A stretch of 64,000 nucleotides of DNA. It comes from Anthoceros angustus. Lineage: Eukaryota; Plantae; Anthocerotophyta. The notes beneath the pieces are model-generated. The model worked only from the letters and a program-made list of their open reading frames with translations, did not search any database and was not told the DNA's origin. Shown piece after piece: positions 1 through 12,600 of the stretch (within the stretch, counting starts at the first letter, position 1; each line of letters starts with the position of its first letter). Location of the stretch: NCBI GenBank assembly GCA_010909165.1, contig MU008168.1:868001-932000 (forward strand), given 5' to 3'. The position numbers and the translations under genes are program-made.

Positions 1-1605
1 GAACGCGATCGTAATAGAAGAAACAAGGAGAGCCACGACGAGACACCGCATCACACGAGAGCAACCTCACAAAGGAGCAAGGCTGACCAACAATCTTGGC
101 GGTTGTTTAAGTACCACCGTCAACCTCTTGGTTTTAGACTCGTGCAACCAACATATTTGCTTTGATAAGTCACTTTTTCCACTTTGTACCAGCGATAGCG
201 TGCTTGTACTTCTGGGTGATGATAGTGGACTCTCTATCAAAGGGACTGGTTCTGTGACTGTACTTCTGCCAAGTTCTACTCACCTCATTTTGAGTGATGT
301 CCTTTACGTACCTTCAATGACGAAGAATCTCATGTCAGTCATGAAGCTTGCACAGGACCACAACCTCAGTGTCTTTTGATCATCGGTGTACCATAACAAA
401 GTCGTTAATATTTAGTGGAACCTCGCTCTGATCTCTATTTGTTAGACGTCTCTCTGCGATCATCGAGTAGTACCTATGCTCATGTTGCAAGCACACCATC
501 TACTCACATATGGCATTGTTGCTTAGGCCATGTGAATTTTCGTCTTGCCACCCTTGTCAAAGGAGAGCGTATAGGGAACCCTCGATTTTACTTTTGACTC
601 GATGTCTTTGTGAGGCCCCGCCACTAGTAAAGCTCATAGTCTGCCCTACAAGGACACAGATCTTAGTCGAGCTGATGGTCTACTTCACACAGTACACAAC
701 GACATTTGTGGCCCTATGTCAACTAGTTCATTTGGAGGCGGTAATTATTTCATCACTTTCATTGATGAGTGGAGCAGATATTGTATTATCTACATTCTCA
801 TACAAGAGTGAGGTAATCGAACGCTTCAAGTCATATGATTTGCTCGGCGGACATCTTGCAGTGCACAATTTTGAGGACGATAATGGTGGTGAGTACACGA
901 TGCGCATTCAACTCCTTTTGCAGAAAGAGGAATGCATCAACTCACAGTCCCATATACACCTCGCGTAATGCATTTTACGAAAGAAAGAATAGAACCTTGC
1001 AAGAGGCTTCTTTAGCATCACTTACCTTCCGGACTCAATGGTTATAATGAGGCCTTGATGGCAGTTAATTATGTCGAGAATCGCCTTCCAACGAAGAATC
1101 TTGGGAAGGCGACCGCTTTGACTGGACAAGAACCTGGTACAACATCTACGAATTTTTGGCTCACTGCCTATGTTTTGGTACAACGTACCAAGTTGGACCC
1201 GCGAGCATCTCGACATGTTTTTGTTGGCTACTTTGATGAGGTGAAAGGGTATAAGCTTTTTGATCCTACTTCTCGCCAACTCACTCTTGCTCGAAGTGTT
1301 ATCTTCAATGAAGCTGCTCTTCTTCGCCGACATCTGGCCACTCTTCAGCCTCAAGCAGACCCACAACCACCTTCCATTCACGGCATTGAAGATTCTGATT
1401 CTACCTTACCTGATGAGGTCAGTTTCTATGAAGATAACGACCCTCCTTCTTGGATTACGGACCACCGGTAACACTCAACGTCAGCTCTCTCAACACGAAT
1501 CTCCTTCAACTACAGGCCATATGATGATGATTGGTGATTCGGTATTTCAAATCTTAATGAGCCTGACCCAGCTGATGCACCTATAGAGTCAGACATCTAC
1601 GAACT

Positions 1606-3344
1606 GTGACGATGCGTCATTGCCGACATCACGCTTTGATCGCATCTAATCCTGAAGAAGAAGTCACCCTTAGACGTTCCTCCCGTATTAGAAGACCCAT
1701 GCATGAGTGGAATGAACCTCCTTTTCAAGCTGGTCTAGTCAATACAGATCCCCATTTAGCCACTGCTCTTAGCGTTTCTTCCTCATTAGGAGAACCGGCC
1801 ACATATAAGGAAGCTATTGAAGGTCCAGAGTCTGTTTTTTGGAAAGCAGCCATAGACTTTGAATACCAATCACTCATAAAGAATCACACATGGGAATTAG
1901 TTGACCTTCCTAAGGGTAGGAAACCCGTCGAATGTAAGTGGGTCTTTAAGAAAAAACTCAATACTGATGGTACTGTTGGAAGATATAAAGCTCGCCTTGT
2001 AGCAAAGGGCTATAGCCAGATTCCTGGACTCAACTACAATGAGACTTTTGCACCCGTTGTCAAGTCCACATCTGTAAGAATTCTCTTAGCTGTAGCTGCC
2101 CACTACAACCTACTTGTGCATCAGTTAGATGTCAAAACAGCGTTTCTGAATGGCTTGCTTGAAGAAGACATATACATGTGCCATCCCGAAGGTTTTGTTA
2201 TTGATGCAGACAAGGTTTGCAAACTTTTCAAGACCCTATATGGGCTTAAGCAGGCTTGAAGAGCCTGGTATGAGGTATTCCATAAGCTGTTTATTGAGCT
2301 TGGTTTCATTTGCCTCGATGCGGACACAAGTGTGTATGTGCTGTGGAAAGGTGATGAGTTTGTCATACTCACAGTGTATGTCGATGACAATTTTCTCTTT
2401 AGCAATTCACCTGCTATGATGGCCACTGTTAAAGCTGTACTTTTGTCCAAGTTTGAGATGACTGATCTAGGTGATCTGACATTCTCATTGGGTGTTCAGT
2501 TTCATTTCAATAGGTCTGATGGGACAATAGACATACACCAAGAGCATTTTGTTCACCAGCTGTTAGAGCGCTTTAAGATGCTAGATGCAAAGCCAATAGC
2601 TACTCCCATGGCTGTTGGTGAGAAGCTCTCTTTAGAACAGTGCCCAGTTACTTTAGAAGATAAGCAGGCCATGTATGGGACTCCTTATAGGCAAGCCGTA
2701 GGCTCCCTCATCTATCTTTCTAGCTGGACCAGGCTAGATATTACACGAGCGATGGGAGCGTGTGATTTTGGAGAACCTGAGGCACATGCAAGCGGATTTT
2801 TCGCTATTTGAAGGGCACTGCAAGGAAAGGCTTGCGCTTTAGAAAGCTGAAGGAAGGTTTAAATTTGACAGCATATTGTGACGCTGACTGGGCTGGGGAC
2901 CCTGATACCAGACGGAGTGTAGCTGCATATTGCTCGTTCATGGGAACCTCAGTTGTCTCCTGGTCAAGCAAGAAAATCCCAACCATTTGCCTCTCCTCGA
3001 CGGAGGCCGAATACGCAGCCATGCCTCAAGCATCAAAGGAGATTATATGGATCAGGAGTTTTCTCAAGGGCCTTCGACTCCAGCAAGCTGGAGCTACTCC
3101 TCTATGGTGTGACAACCAGTCGGCGATTGCTCTCACGAAGAACCCAGTTTTTCATGCTCGTTCGAAGCATATAGAGATCAGCCATCATTTCATACGACAG
3201 GCAACAGGAAATGGAGAAGTCACAGTTTCCTATATTCCATCTGAGGACAACATTTCGGACCTGCTTACAAAGGCCTTATCTAAACCTTCTCATGACAAAC
3301 ATACTTTACAGCCGGTGTTTGCCTGTCCTGATTCCTGGTCATAA
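1606..3344 (+). pseudogene. copia reverse transcriptase and RNase H of element A (split over ORFs 1606-2259, 2332-2811, 2808-3344)
   Basis: Canonical copia RT and RNase H motifs, broken by a stop and a frameshift. Confidence 0.9.
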
Positions 3345-3995
3345 GGGTACTGCCCATTAGTCAACCCTTGTGTGGGAGCTTGCCGAGTTTGTCATGATTT
3401 GTCGGTTCCTCGCTCGCTTTTCTTGCCGCAAACTCCTCAATCTGTATAACGAAAGTGGGTTAGTATGAATACATACGGTTTGAAGATTCTTTGCCTAGGC
3501 ACTTACATCCATGTCACCGCAGCCCTGTCTTGAGGTTAAGGCTTCTTCTTCTCTTTTCCCTTTTACTGCACCTTTGGACTTTTATTCCCCCCTCTTTCTC
3601 CATGACCTTGCCTTCCTGAGTCGATTGGAAGTGGAATCACTGGAGTGTTGCCACGCGCCTCCTCTTGCCTTGGATCAACACCCAGGCCCACCACCAGCCT
3701 TCGCTCTTTGTCCCTCAGCACCTTGGACCGAGGCACCACAGGAAACACGGAGGCGCCCGCTGAGCCGTCCACCAGCCAAAGTGGCACGTCCCTGGCTCAC
3801 AGTGGGCGCCTTTTATTCGGAGTGATGGAGCGTAACAAGATGAGCGTAAGGACTGGAGTGCAACTGGAGTGAAAGGTGTAGGACAGTTCTCACGTTTAGC
3901 AGGAGTCCGGAGACTCATGATGTTCTTTAGTTGTACTTTTGTAATTACTCTTGCTTCCCGTTTTTGGCTACTAAAATGCTAAAACTAAGTGGGAG

Positions 3996-4206
3996 TGTAG
4001 AAAACCTAGTTAGCGAATCATACTTCTACACTAGGTTAAGAGTTAGTTCTACATTTTAGTTACAACTTTCGTTATGAGGTTTAATAACCGTATTCCTTGG
4101 ACATATAGCCAAGGCTATTTTCCCTTTCAATACACCTCTTCATTTCATGCTTCTTGCTCTTGCCTTTTGCATCGTCTCTAAGCACGCCACATGATGCACC
4201 TTCACA
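3996..4206 (+). repeat. putative short 3' LTR of copia A
   Basis: Starts TGTAGAAAACC directly after the polypurine tract and is AT-rich. End at ...TTCACA is a guess because no second copy lies in the window. Confidence 0.55.
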
Positions 4207-4863
4207 CTGTTATTTGTTTGATCCGAATGTCATCTCTTTAGGTGCCGCCTCCGGAGTTGCTGGATCAGCGCCTGGTTCTCCTACACAGACCGCTTTTGGT
4301 CAGACAGCATTTGGCTCTTTTCTGTCGCAAGGAAACCCAACAACATCAACATCAGGATGGATACCACCAGGCAATTTTCCTAATTTTGCACCTGGACCTT
4401 TCTCAACAAGGTCAGGAGGAGGCACAGGATCGAACTTTACTTTCACTGGGGCTGGAGCAGGATTTTCTTCAGCACAAGCATCAGGTTCAACCTACCCAGG
4501 TTTCCCTCAAGCACGGTATTACAACCTTTGCCAAGCTACGGAGGGACTTGGGAATCACGCCTACCAGAGGCTGGATTCGCCAACCCACCGACGCGTTTGG
4601 GCTGGATTTGGGAATCCCGTGAGTGGATATGGAACTGGGCTTGGACAAGGAACCGGGGTCGTGCAAGGATCCTTGCGATCCACGACTGGTCTAGTACAAA
4701 GGTGCTCACAAATCACATGCGAGCGCGCCAATAGCCTATCATCCTTCTAATACACAATTGAGTTCAAGGAGCGGGATAGGTTTAATGGGACTAAATATCC
4801 CGTCTGGAGTGTTCGCATGCGTGCTGCACTAGATGCACGGCATGTGTGGGGTGTTGTTAGTGG

Positions 4864-6453
4864 ATGATCCAAACCACTGCATCACCTGCTCCACAAATTG
4901 ATCAGGAGAGATGGGAGAATGCCAACAACGTAGCCCGAGCCCTCATCATTAGTGGGCTTGATGAAGTGTTAGTGCCAGACGTCGCTTTCCTTACCAAGGC
5001 CGAGGACATCTGGACACAGCTTGCACAAACATACGATGTGAAGAATGTACTCACCATATGCGCCGGTAGTACTTCTACGCGTGATGGTGATAAAGTTCTT
5101 TGCTTTTGTTGGAAAATTCAGCAACTTAGAGCTACCTTGATTTCACTTGGTTTTCCCATGCCTGAGCTTGATGCTGTAGTACAGCTTTTGACCAGCCTTC
5201 CCACCAGCTACCAGTCTTTTGTCACTAGTTATGGTGCCACACTTCGTGATGCTGGTAGGGCTGCAGCCGCAGGTCAGCCAGTGATGATTAGCTTTGCGGA
5301 TGTAGTTGGAGCTCTCTTTCAGGAAGAGCAGTCTCGCAACCCATCGCACTCTAATTCTGGCAGGACCAAAACTGACAAGGTTCTCTCCACATCCAAGTTC
5401 CGCCCACAAGGCCGTGGCAAGCATTTTTCTGCAGCTGGCCCTTCTAAGGATTCCAAGTCAGGACAGGTCAAGAGGACAGGTGCCTGCAATTGGTGCGGAT
5501 CTCTTGGTCATTGGGAACGAGAATGTAGAAAGAAAAAGTCTGGAGAACCTAAGAAAGCCGAGAAGACTCCTCAGGCTCATTCAGTCTCCAAGCCTTCTAA
5601 GGCCAGCACATCTGGCAAGCCTCCCGTTGTTATGACAGTTTGTCTTTCCACTGCTTCCAGGGTAGATGACGCTTGGTACTTGGATTCCGGCGCAACAACA
5701 CACATCTGTCACAACCGGACTTTGATGAGCAATTTTGTCTCGTTACACACCGCTGAACGGGTACTTTTGGGAGATGAGCTTACCAGAACAGGACTCAAGA
5801 TTCTTGGACGCGGCTCTTGCTCTTTTCAGTCATCTGATGGAGAGCTCCTTCGACTTGACAACGTCCTCTATGTGCCTGATATGGCCAAGCACCTTCTGTC
5901 CGTAAGCCAAATTATGCAGCTTCAACGTTTTCAGCTAACTTTTACCTCTGACGGCTGCATGCTCACCACATCTGGTCCTTCACCTTCCCTGGTTGGTAAG
6001 GGCCTGCTAGAGCATGATTTATATCGGCTAGATATGTTCTGTGTACCTGCTAAGAGTGTCCGTGTGGCTGAGAGGTCTCAGACAGCTCTAGCTCAGTTGT
6101 GGCATGCCCGTTTGGACCATGCTAACAAGGATAAACTCATAAAAATGTCCAACTTAGAATGTTATAGAGAACCACTACCTAAGTGTTTTAAGGACCTTCC
6201 CATATGTGATTCTTGCATATTAGCCAAGCAGAAAGAACTCCCGTTTCCGACCACTGTAGCTACACGGACCACATCCGTCCTAGACCTAGTTCATGCAGAT
6301 ATCTCTGGAAAAATACATGTTCCTTCTTTAGGTGGTTCCCTCTATTACCTCACCATTACTGATGATTTTAGCTGCTATTCCTGGACCTTTCCCATGAAAA
6401 GAAGTGGACACCTTTGCCTATTTTGGGAATGGCTTACCATGGTTCAAAGATGA
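4864..6453 (+). CDS. copia gag-protease-integrase N-terminal ORF of element B
   Basis: 529-aa ORF with gag, zinc knuckle, aspartic protease DSGA, GAG-pre-integrase and the start of the integrase core. Confidence 0.88.
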   Translation: MIQTTASPAPQIDQERWENANNVARALIISGLDEVLVPDVAFLTKAEDIWTQLAQTYDVKNVLTICAGSTSTRDGDKVLCFCWKIQQLRATLISLGFPMPELDAVVQLLTSLPTSYQSFVTSYGATLRDAGRAAAAGQPVMISFADVVGALFQEEQSRNPSHSNSGRTKTDKVLSTSKFRPQGRGKHFSAAGPSKDSKSGQVKRTGACNWCGSLGHWERECRKKKSGEPKKAEKTPQAHSVSKPSKASTSGKPPVVMTVCLSTASRVDDAWYLDSGATTHICHNRTLMSNFVSLHTAERVLLGDELTRTGLKILGRGSCSFQSSDGELLRLDNVLYVPDMAKHLLSVSQIMQLQRFQLTFTSDGCMLTTSGPSPSLVGKGLLEHDLYRLDMFCVPAKSVRVAERSQTALAQLWHARLDHANKDKLIKMSNLECYREPLPKCFKDLPICDSCILAKQKELPFPTTVATRTTSVLDLVHADISGKIHVPSLGGSLYYLTITDDFSCYSWTFPMKRSGHLCLFWEWLTMVQR

Positions 6454-9105
6454 TGCGCTCTCTTGATGCTTGAGGTCCGACAACAGTGCGGAGTTTGTGA
6501 ATGGACCTTTTGATGAGTACTTATCACGGACAAGGATCATTTCGAGATTCCCAGACACTCAAGAACAAAAGCAAGCTGTTGGCGCGAAACAAACTTTGCT
6601 CGGCATGACTCGGAGTATGCTAGCTTGGTCAGCTTGAGTAAAGGCGTGTATAGCAGGGACGCCACCTACATACTCAGCAGGTTGCTTACCACGTATTTCT
6701 GATTGTACACCTTCAACGGATCTGGAAGCAGGCTTGCTCCATCGTGGTGTTGGCTCCCCCGCCTATGCCTATATCCATGAGGAGAGGAAGAAGTGGAAGA
6801 TCGAGCTCGACCCTTATTTTTGTTGGATATGGTGAGGAGGCGAAGGCCTACAAGTTGTATGACCCCTCCACGGATCCTCGGTCTTTGCTCGGGCGTCACT
6901 TCAAGGAGCTCACCCAACCGTCGACATCTTCTCTCGCCCGCCTGCCTCCTCACTTTGATGTCGCGGATTTTGATGCCCCTCCACGGAGTATCCTCACAGT
7001 CGCTTATGAACCGCCACCTCGTTTTGATCAGCAGCCTAGCGCTTGATTAGGGGTGGAATTCGTGATATGTGCGTTTCATGAGCCCCCCATCACGACCACG
7101 AGTTCCGTGCAAGCACTTGCACCACCAACTCCTGCACCCACAGCCACAGTTAGTGCTGACCCTGTTGTGGATTTTCCTGAGCAGCAGGATGCAGAACTTG
7201 AGCAAGATGACGAACCAGAATTTGACACACAACATGTGGACACCCATCCGATGTTCACGACCGGCCAGAAAGATGAACTGGCGGTCCTCTCGGTAGCTTT
7301 GATACAACTCACCGAGGAGACACTTCCTCGAACTCGCACGAGAGCGGAGGTATCCTACTAGGTCTCGTCACCGCGAGACAAATTTGAACACAAGACCATA
7401 TGAACCAGAGGATTTTCGTCTTCCTCGATCCGCATATTATGAAGCCCTCTCTGACAATCATCCAAAGGTAGAACCTACTTTGTCTAGAAGCTATCACTTT
7501 GGTCCGGATAAGGCTCATTGGATTCCATCCATTCAGGATGAGTACGACTCACTAATGAAGAATGAAACATGGGAGCTTTGCCCTCTACCTGCTGGAAGGA
7601 GAACCGTAAGTTGCAAGTGGGTTTTCAAACACAAACTCAACGCCAAAGGTGAAATAGCACGTTATAAATCACGACTTGTTGCTCGTGGGTTTTCTCAAGT
7701 AGCAGGTGTTGATTTTAACGTAACTTTTAGCCCGGTTGTGAAGACTCAATCTATCTGGATGCTGTTAGCCTTGGCTGCAGCTAGGGATTGGGATCTGGAA
7801 CAAATGGATGTCTCCACAGCTTTTCTCTATGGCGAGTTGGAGGAAGACATTTATATGGATCAGCCCGAGGGCTTCGTGGATCCTGAGCACCCAGATTGGG
7901 TATGTAAGCCAGAAAGACCACGCTCAAACAGAGTGCCCATGGAGTGGTACAAATGCAAGTATCTTCGCCTATAGGTTTCGCAGTAACCCAGATGCTAATG
8001 TGTACGCTTCACACAAGGGTGGTTACCTGGTTATTTTAGCTCTTTATGTAGATGATGCCATCAAGGCCAAATAATCGAGAGTTAGATTAAGGGCATGCTT
8101 CATAAACAGTATGATATGAAAGATATTGGCCCTCTCACTTTTGTTCTAGGCGTACAGCTTCTTAGGGACAGGGAAACACGTACTTTGATTCTTCATCAAA
8201 CCAAGTACATCAAGAGACACCGCTTTAATCTTCGTGGATGCTAAGCCGCTTAGTACCCCGGATGTGTTGGTGTTAAGCTTTCTACCTTCAAAGTCCTCGT
8301 GATGATGATGATCGAGAAGCCATGAGCCGATTCTATCGACATGCCGTCGCCTCAACTATATCACCGGACACGACCGACATCCAAAGATTCCGCGGAGTGC
8401 GCTCACAATATCTGGAGAATCTTGGCCAAGAACACTGGATGGCTGTTAAACGGATTTTAAGATATCTAAAGGGACTTCTACTTTTGGACTGCTTTCAAGG
8501 GCAAGACAATGACCTCACCTTGGCGGGATAGCGGATGCGGATTAACGACCGGATCAACGTAAGAGCATCTCTCGCATACGCCTCCTATCTGACATGTAAT
8601 TGAGTTCAAGAAGCGTACATCCATTTCTCTCATCCACCGAGGCCGAATATAAGGTTTTATGATTCACCAAGGAGGCCGAATGGGAGCGGACTTTCCTTGC
8701 TAGTTTGAATTTTCCACAGGCTATTCCTACAACCATTTTCTGTGACAACATGTCAACTATAGCGGGAATCCTGGCTTCACGCACACCAAACATAGAAATT
8801 CACCATCATTTTGTTCGACATTCTGTGGAGCGCAAGGTGATCAAGATCGAGTATATATCAACAGAGTTGAACACAGCTGATATGCTTACAAAGAGCTTAC
8901 CGACAAACAAGCATGTTTTCCACATGGAGGCAATGGGCCTGGTAGAGTATTCTTCCTACTTGCCTTGAGTTGCAGGTGGAGGCGCCGGGTGCTCGACGGA
9001 TGAAGCTTACTGCACACATAATCGTTCAACACTAAGCTGCTTCCTACCGCCATCTTCGCTTTTTCGCTCACGTCCTTAGTGTAACCAAATATGGGTTAAG
9101 GGGTG

Positions 9106-9266
9106 TGTTAAACTCCATAGTTTATTATAGTAACCATGGTCACTGGGTTACTTAAACTAGGGTTAAATATATTACTTAGGGTTTAGTATTTAAGACCAAC
9201 TCTTTGTAATCATTAATATCATTATTCATTATTCAAGTTTGTTGTTCTCTGTAAGCAATATTGTCA
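9106..9266 (+). repeat. putative short 3' LTR of copia B
   Basis: TGTTAAAC... follows the polypurine tract; AT-rich; ends ...GTCA where unrelated minus-strand copia RT sequence begins. Confidence 0.6.
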
Positions 9267-9267
9267 T

Positions 9268-9629
9268 TTGCGCCCAGCAGGCAGGTCAGTGAGCTTCCAG
9301 GTCTTATTGGCAATTAGTGAGTCATATTGGAGAGGATGCTTTCCCACTGGTACTAAGGGCTTCTTCTATGCTTGGGGAGACATCACGCATCTCAATTGCG
9401 AAAGGAGCTTGATGAGGGGTTGGATCTGCATTGTCGGCTTGTACATGAACCTCTTGGGTGGAATGGAATGGCGAGAAAAAGTCTATGGGGACAAAGGTGG
9501 ATTCCTCCATTGATGGCTAGGCGGCTGTGGCGAGTAGATCGCCTGAGAGGTGGTGGTTGAGTTCGAGGATATTTACCTCATGGTCTGCTTGGTTTTGAAT
9601 AGGAGGGTGTTCCACATGGTCGTCTGGTG
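9268..9629 (-). mobile_element. Ty1/copia element C, fragment with the start of RT (host of the nested insertions)
   Basis: Minus strand reads P.SIEEALS...YDSLIANKTWKLTDLPAGRK, the copia RT N-terminus. It continues on the far side of the gypsy insertion at 25567. Confidence 0.8.
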
Positions 9630-12600
9630 TGTGGCGTGACTTTTGCTGATGGCCACCGCGCCAAGCATAATCCGTGTCGTTGTAGGGAAGAAGTCCGCTC
9701 CCAAGGGAATGATAGGCCTGCCACTGCTTTGTGATTCTACCGCCTTAGCGCCTGCCTCAACACACACACATACTCCTAACTACTCACAACGTTTCACCGT
9801 GCCCCGGTATGGCTAAACGTTTAAGGACCCGTGTCTCAGACGCTCATATACATCCCCTCACGCATCCCCCTTTCCTCTCTCCTCTCACGCTACACTCGCC
9901 TCTTAGAAAAGACGCCAGCCCCGACCTCCTCCGCTGCTCCGCCGGGCCTCCGCCCGGCTCTACACGCCTCCCGAGTTCCTCCGGCTCACGCCCAAATTGC
10001 CTTGTCGGACCGCGGCTCCGACGGTCACCATCACCCTTCCCCGCACACACCACAACGCTTAAGTCCGTCACGGACCTTGATCAATCTCCCGAGCCGCCGT
10101 GCTCGCTGACTCAGACTCACGTTAGCAAGAAGACTCACAAAGGTGCAAGAACGCGCATCAACACCAAGAGAAAAGATGCTTTACTAGAGCCTCACCCTCT
10201 TATATCGCGCCCAAGGTGGCGCCTTTATTACACCCCTATTCGAGTGATAGCCATATACCTAATCGGCCATCCTATCTCCCTATCTCCTTCGCCGACTGTG
10301 GGAAGGTCCTGGCCCCTCCGGAATGGGTGGTCCAATCCCCCCGACAAGCGCACCCAATCGGATGATCCGTGAGGCGGGCCCCTCCTCTCCGGAATCCTGC
10401 GTTGGCGGCGGTCGACAACCGCGCACGACGTCATCCTCCTGGCCTCCTCGGTCCTTCGGTGGGGCCACCATATCGCTCCCCTAGCGTAAGTCGGGGGCTC
10501 CTCACCGCCGCCCCCGGCCCCTGTCTCGCCTCGACTCAACTCGTGAGTCCGGCTTTTCGGGTCCCGGCAGGTCCGACCGGGTCCGGACCTCGTGGTCCGG
10601 ACTTATTCCGGTCCGGACTTGTGGTCCGGACTTATTACCGGGTCCGGACTGTGGTCCGGCCTCCGGTCCGGACAAAGTCCGGACTCACGCCCACCCGGTT
10701 TCCTCCCTCACGGACTCCGTGGCTCTCCTCAAGTCCTCCGCTCCCGATCGCCTGTGACTCCTTCGCTGGCCCCTCCTTCCATGGTGAGGTGCGCTTACCT
10801 CCGATCCGCTCCTCTCGTCCTCCTCCGCTCCTCTCCGCCGCTCCGTCATCTAAACAGGCCACTAGGGTCCCTGTGGCCCCCGTGGCCTTCATCTCCTTGA
10901 GCCTTGGTCCGTCCGGCCAGCGCGCCGAGAGGCTTCTCGCGGGAGCTCGTGGTAATAGGCAAAGTCCGAATCGACTTGTTGAATTGCCTCTTCCACGTGT
11001 GCCCGAGCACCGATACTCCCTCCGCCATAAGTGTTCCGGAGCCGGGCGTTCGCTTGTTGGGCCACCTCTCCGCCAGATTTGGTGAGCCGGGTCATCACGC
11101 GAGGCTACAAGGCGGCCTCCACCTCCCCTGCCCGCCCGCTCCAGCTCCGCTGCTTCCTCCATTGCCACCACGCCATAGCGCGCTTCCTTCCGCCTTTCTC
11201 ACCGGACCAGCCTTCTCGCCCAGCTGCTCGCGCTCCGCTCATTCGGCCTTTAGCTCCGCCCGCCTCCCTCCAGCGGTCGATACCACTCCGCCTCCTTCCT
11301 CAGCCCCGGCAACGCGTCCAACTCCTTGGATAGTCGCCGATTTTCCTCCGAGCGGAGGCACTGCTTGCTCGAGTCGTGGATTCTCTCGTTGAGAATCACC
11401 GCCGCTCCGACGCATCTTGGAGTTGTAGCTCCAGTGTCCTTGCTGCCCTCCATCTGCCGCCTCCTCTACTTCTCACTGCACTCGGAGATCTCCTATCTCC
11501 CAGTGCCGGCCTCCATCTCCTTGCCTCCTGCTCGCATAGCGGCCTTCGAGTTAGCCTCGGCCGCTGACTCTCTCCACCGGCCCGATCACGCCCGTAGTGA
11601 TCCGCCGCTTGCCGCGCTCCTTCCGCCTTTACTGGCCTCCCCACTTGGCGCCGCTAGCCGCCGCCCGCCAGTCCCGAGCTCTCTGCCGGGCCTCTTCCGC
11701 CTCGCTGCCTTCCTCTTCGCCCGCAGGTCCTCCGCCCGCTTGGGCCTCTGAGCTTGTTTCACTGCCGACAACAAAGAACCTTGGCCTGGCCCGAACCGCC
11801 GGCCTCGGCTCGCCACCCGGCGTTCCTTCCTCGATCCGACGAGGACTCCGCCTTTCCTTTGCCCTCGGGCCGCCTTCACTTGCTCTTGAGTTCCACCATC
11901 CTCCTCGGGTGGCCTCCACTTCGGGTCTTCTCACTGTACCACGAGACCCCAAAGCATTCCGTCCATGACGCAGTGACTCGCCGTGTTTCTTCCACGGCCA
12001 TCACCGGTGAGGCCCCACAAAGTCCGTAGTGGAGCCGGCATTTCTCGGTCCGCCAAGGACCTCCATACCGCAGGAGTAAGTCCGACTGGGTTCACCTACC
12101 GGACCCTCGGGTCCCGAGTGGTGAGTCCGAGTCTCACCCTCTTGGCCCTCTTGGCCTCTAACTCCTTTGTGCCCTCTTTCTCCGGGGCTCGGAGGAGGTG
12201 AGGGGGTCCGGAGCAAGCTCTTTTGCCCCTTCCGCCGGGACAGACCGGCTCGGGTGGGGCTGCTGACCTCCTGCCTTGGGCCACGCCCCTTCGCCTCCCA
12301 CCGCCTCTTGACCTCTTGCCACTGCAAGGGGTAAGGGTACCGGCACCTTCCGAGGTGCCGTTGGTGGCGGCACCGCCTTCCGCCTCTTGGCTCCCGTTCG
12401 AGTGGGCTCGCCGTCGTGGTTGTTGGTGCCGGGGGAGCCGCCAACGCCTCCCGCATCGCCTCCCTCCTGCCTTGCCCGAGGGGGCACCAAAAGGAGGAAG
12501 GGAATCTCCCAAACTTCCTGGTGAGGGGTTCGCTCACGATGGAGTCGGAATCCTCCCCGCCCTCCTCCCGAGTCCGCTTGGTCTTGGACGACCCCCACCC

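Larger units (their letters stand above)
1..4206 (+). mobile_element. Ty1/copia LTR retrotransposon A (5' part outside window), frameshifted pol plus 3' LTR
   Basis: Copia domain order in ORF fragments: protease (VLDS.NQHIC...LSDVLYVPSMTKNLMSV, 128-379), GAG-pre-integrase (IWHCCLGHVNF), integrase (DNGGEY, ERKNRTLQE, KLDPRASRHVFVGY..EVKGYKLFDP), RT ([41 protein letters not shown]; YVDD), RNase H (YCDADWAGD..SSTEAEY..CDNQSAI..FHARSKHIEI). Polypurine tract AAGTGGGAG at 3987-3995, then TG at 3996. Right end approximate. Confidence 0.93.
4220..9266 (+). mobile_element. Ty1/copia LTR retrotransposon B (gag-pol plus 3' LTR)
   Basis: Gag N-terminus (RFNGTKYPVWSVRMRAAL, about 4760-4860), CCHC knuckle CNWCGSLGHWEREC, protease WYLDSGATTHIC, LWHARLDH, integrase LDLVHADISG, RT (NETWELCPLPAGRRTVSCKWVFK..YKSRLVARGF..QMDVSTAFLYG, YVDD) and RNase H (IFCDNMSTI..IEIHHHFVR). 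Polypurine tract near 9098-9105, then TG at 9106. Confidence 0.93.

Noticed and set aside
4261-4273. TGGATCAGCGCC as a degenerate PBS for copia B
   Set aside because: Two differences from the consensus, not preceded by an LTR-terminal CA, and it lies within a low-complexity reading frame.
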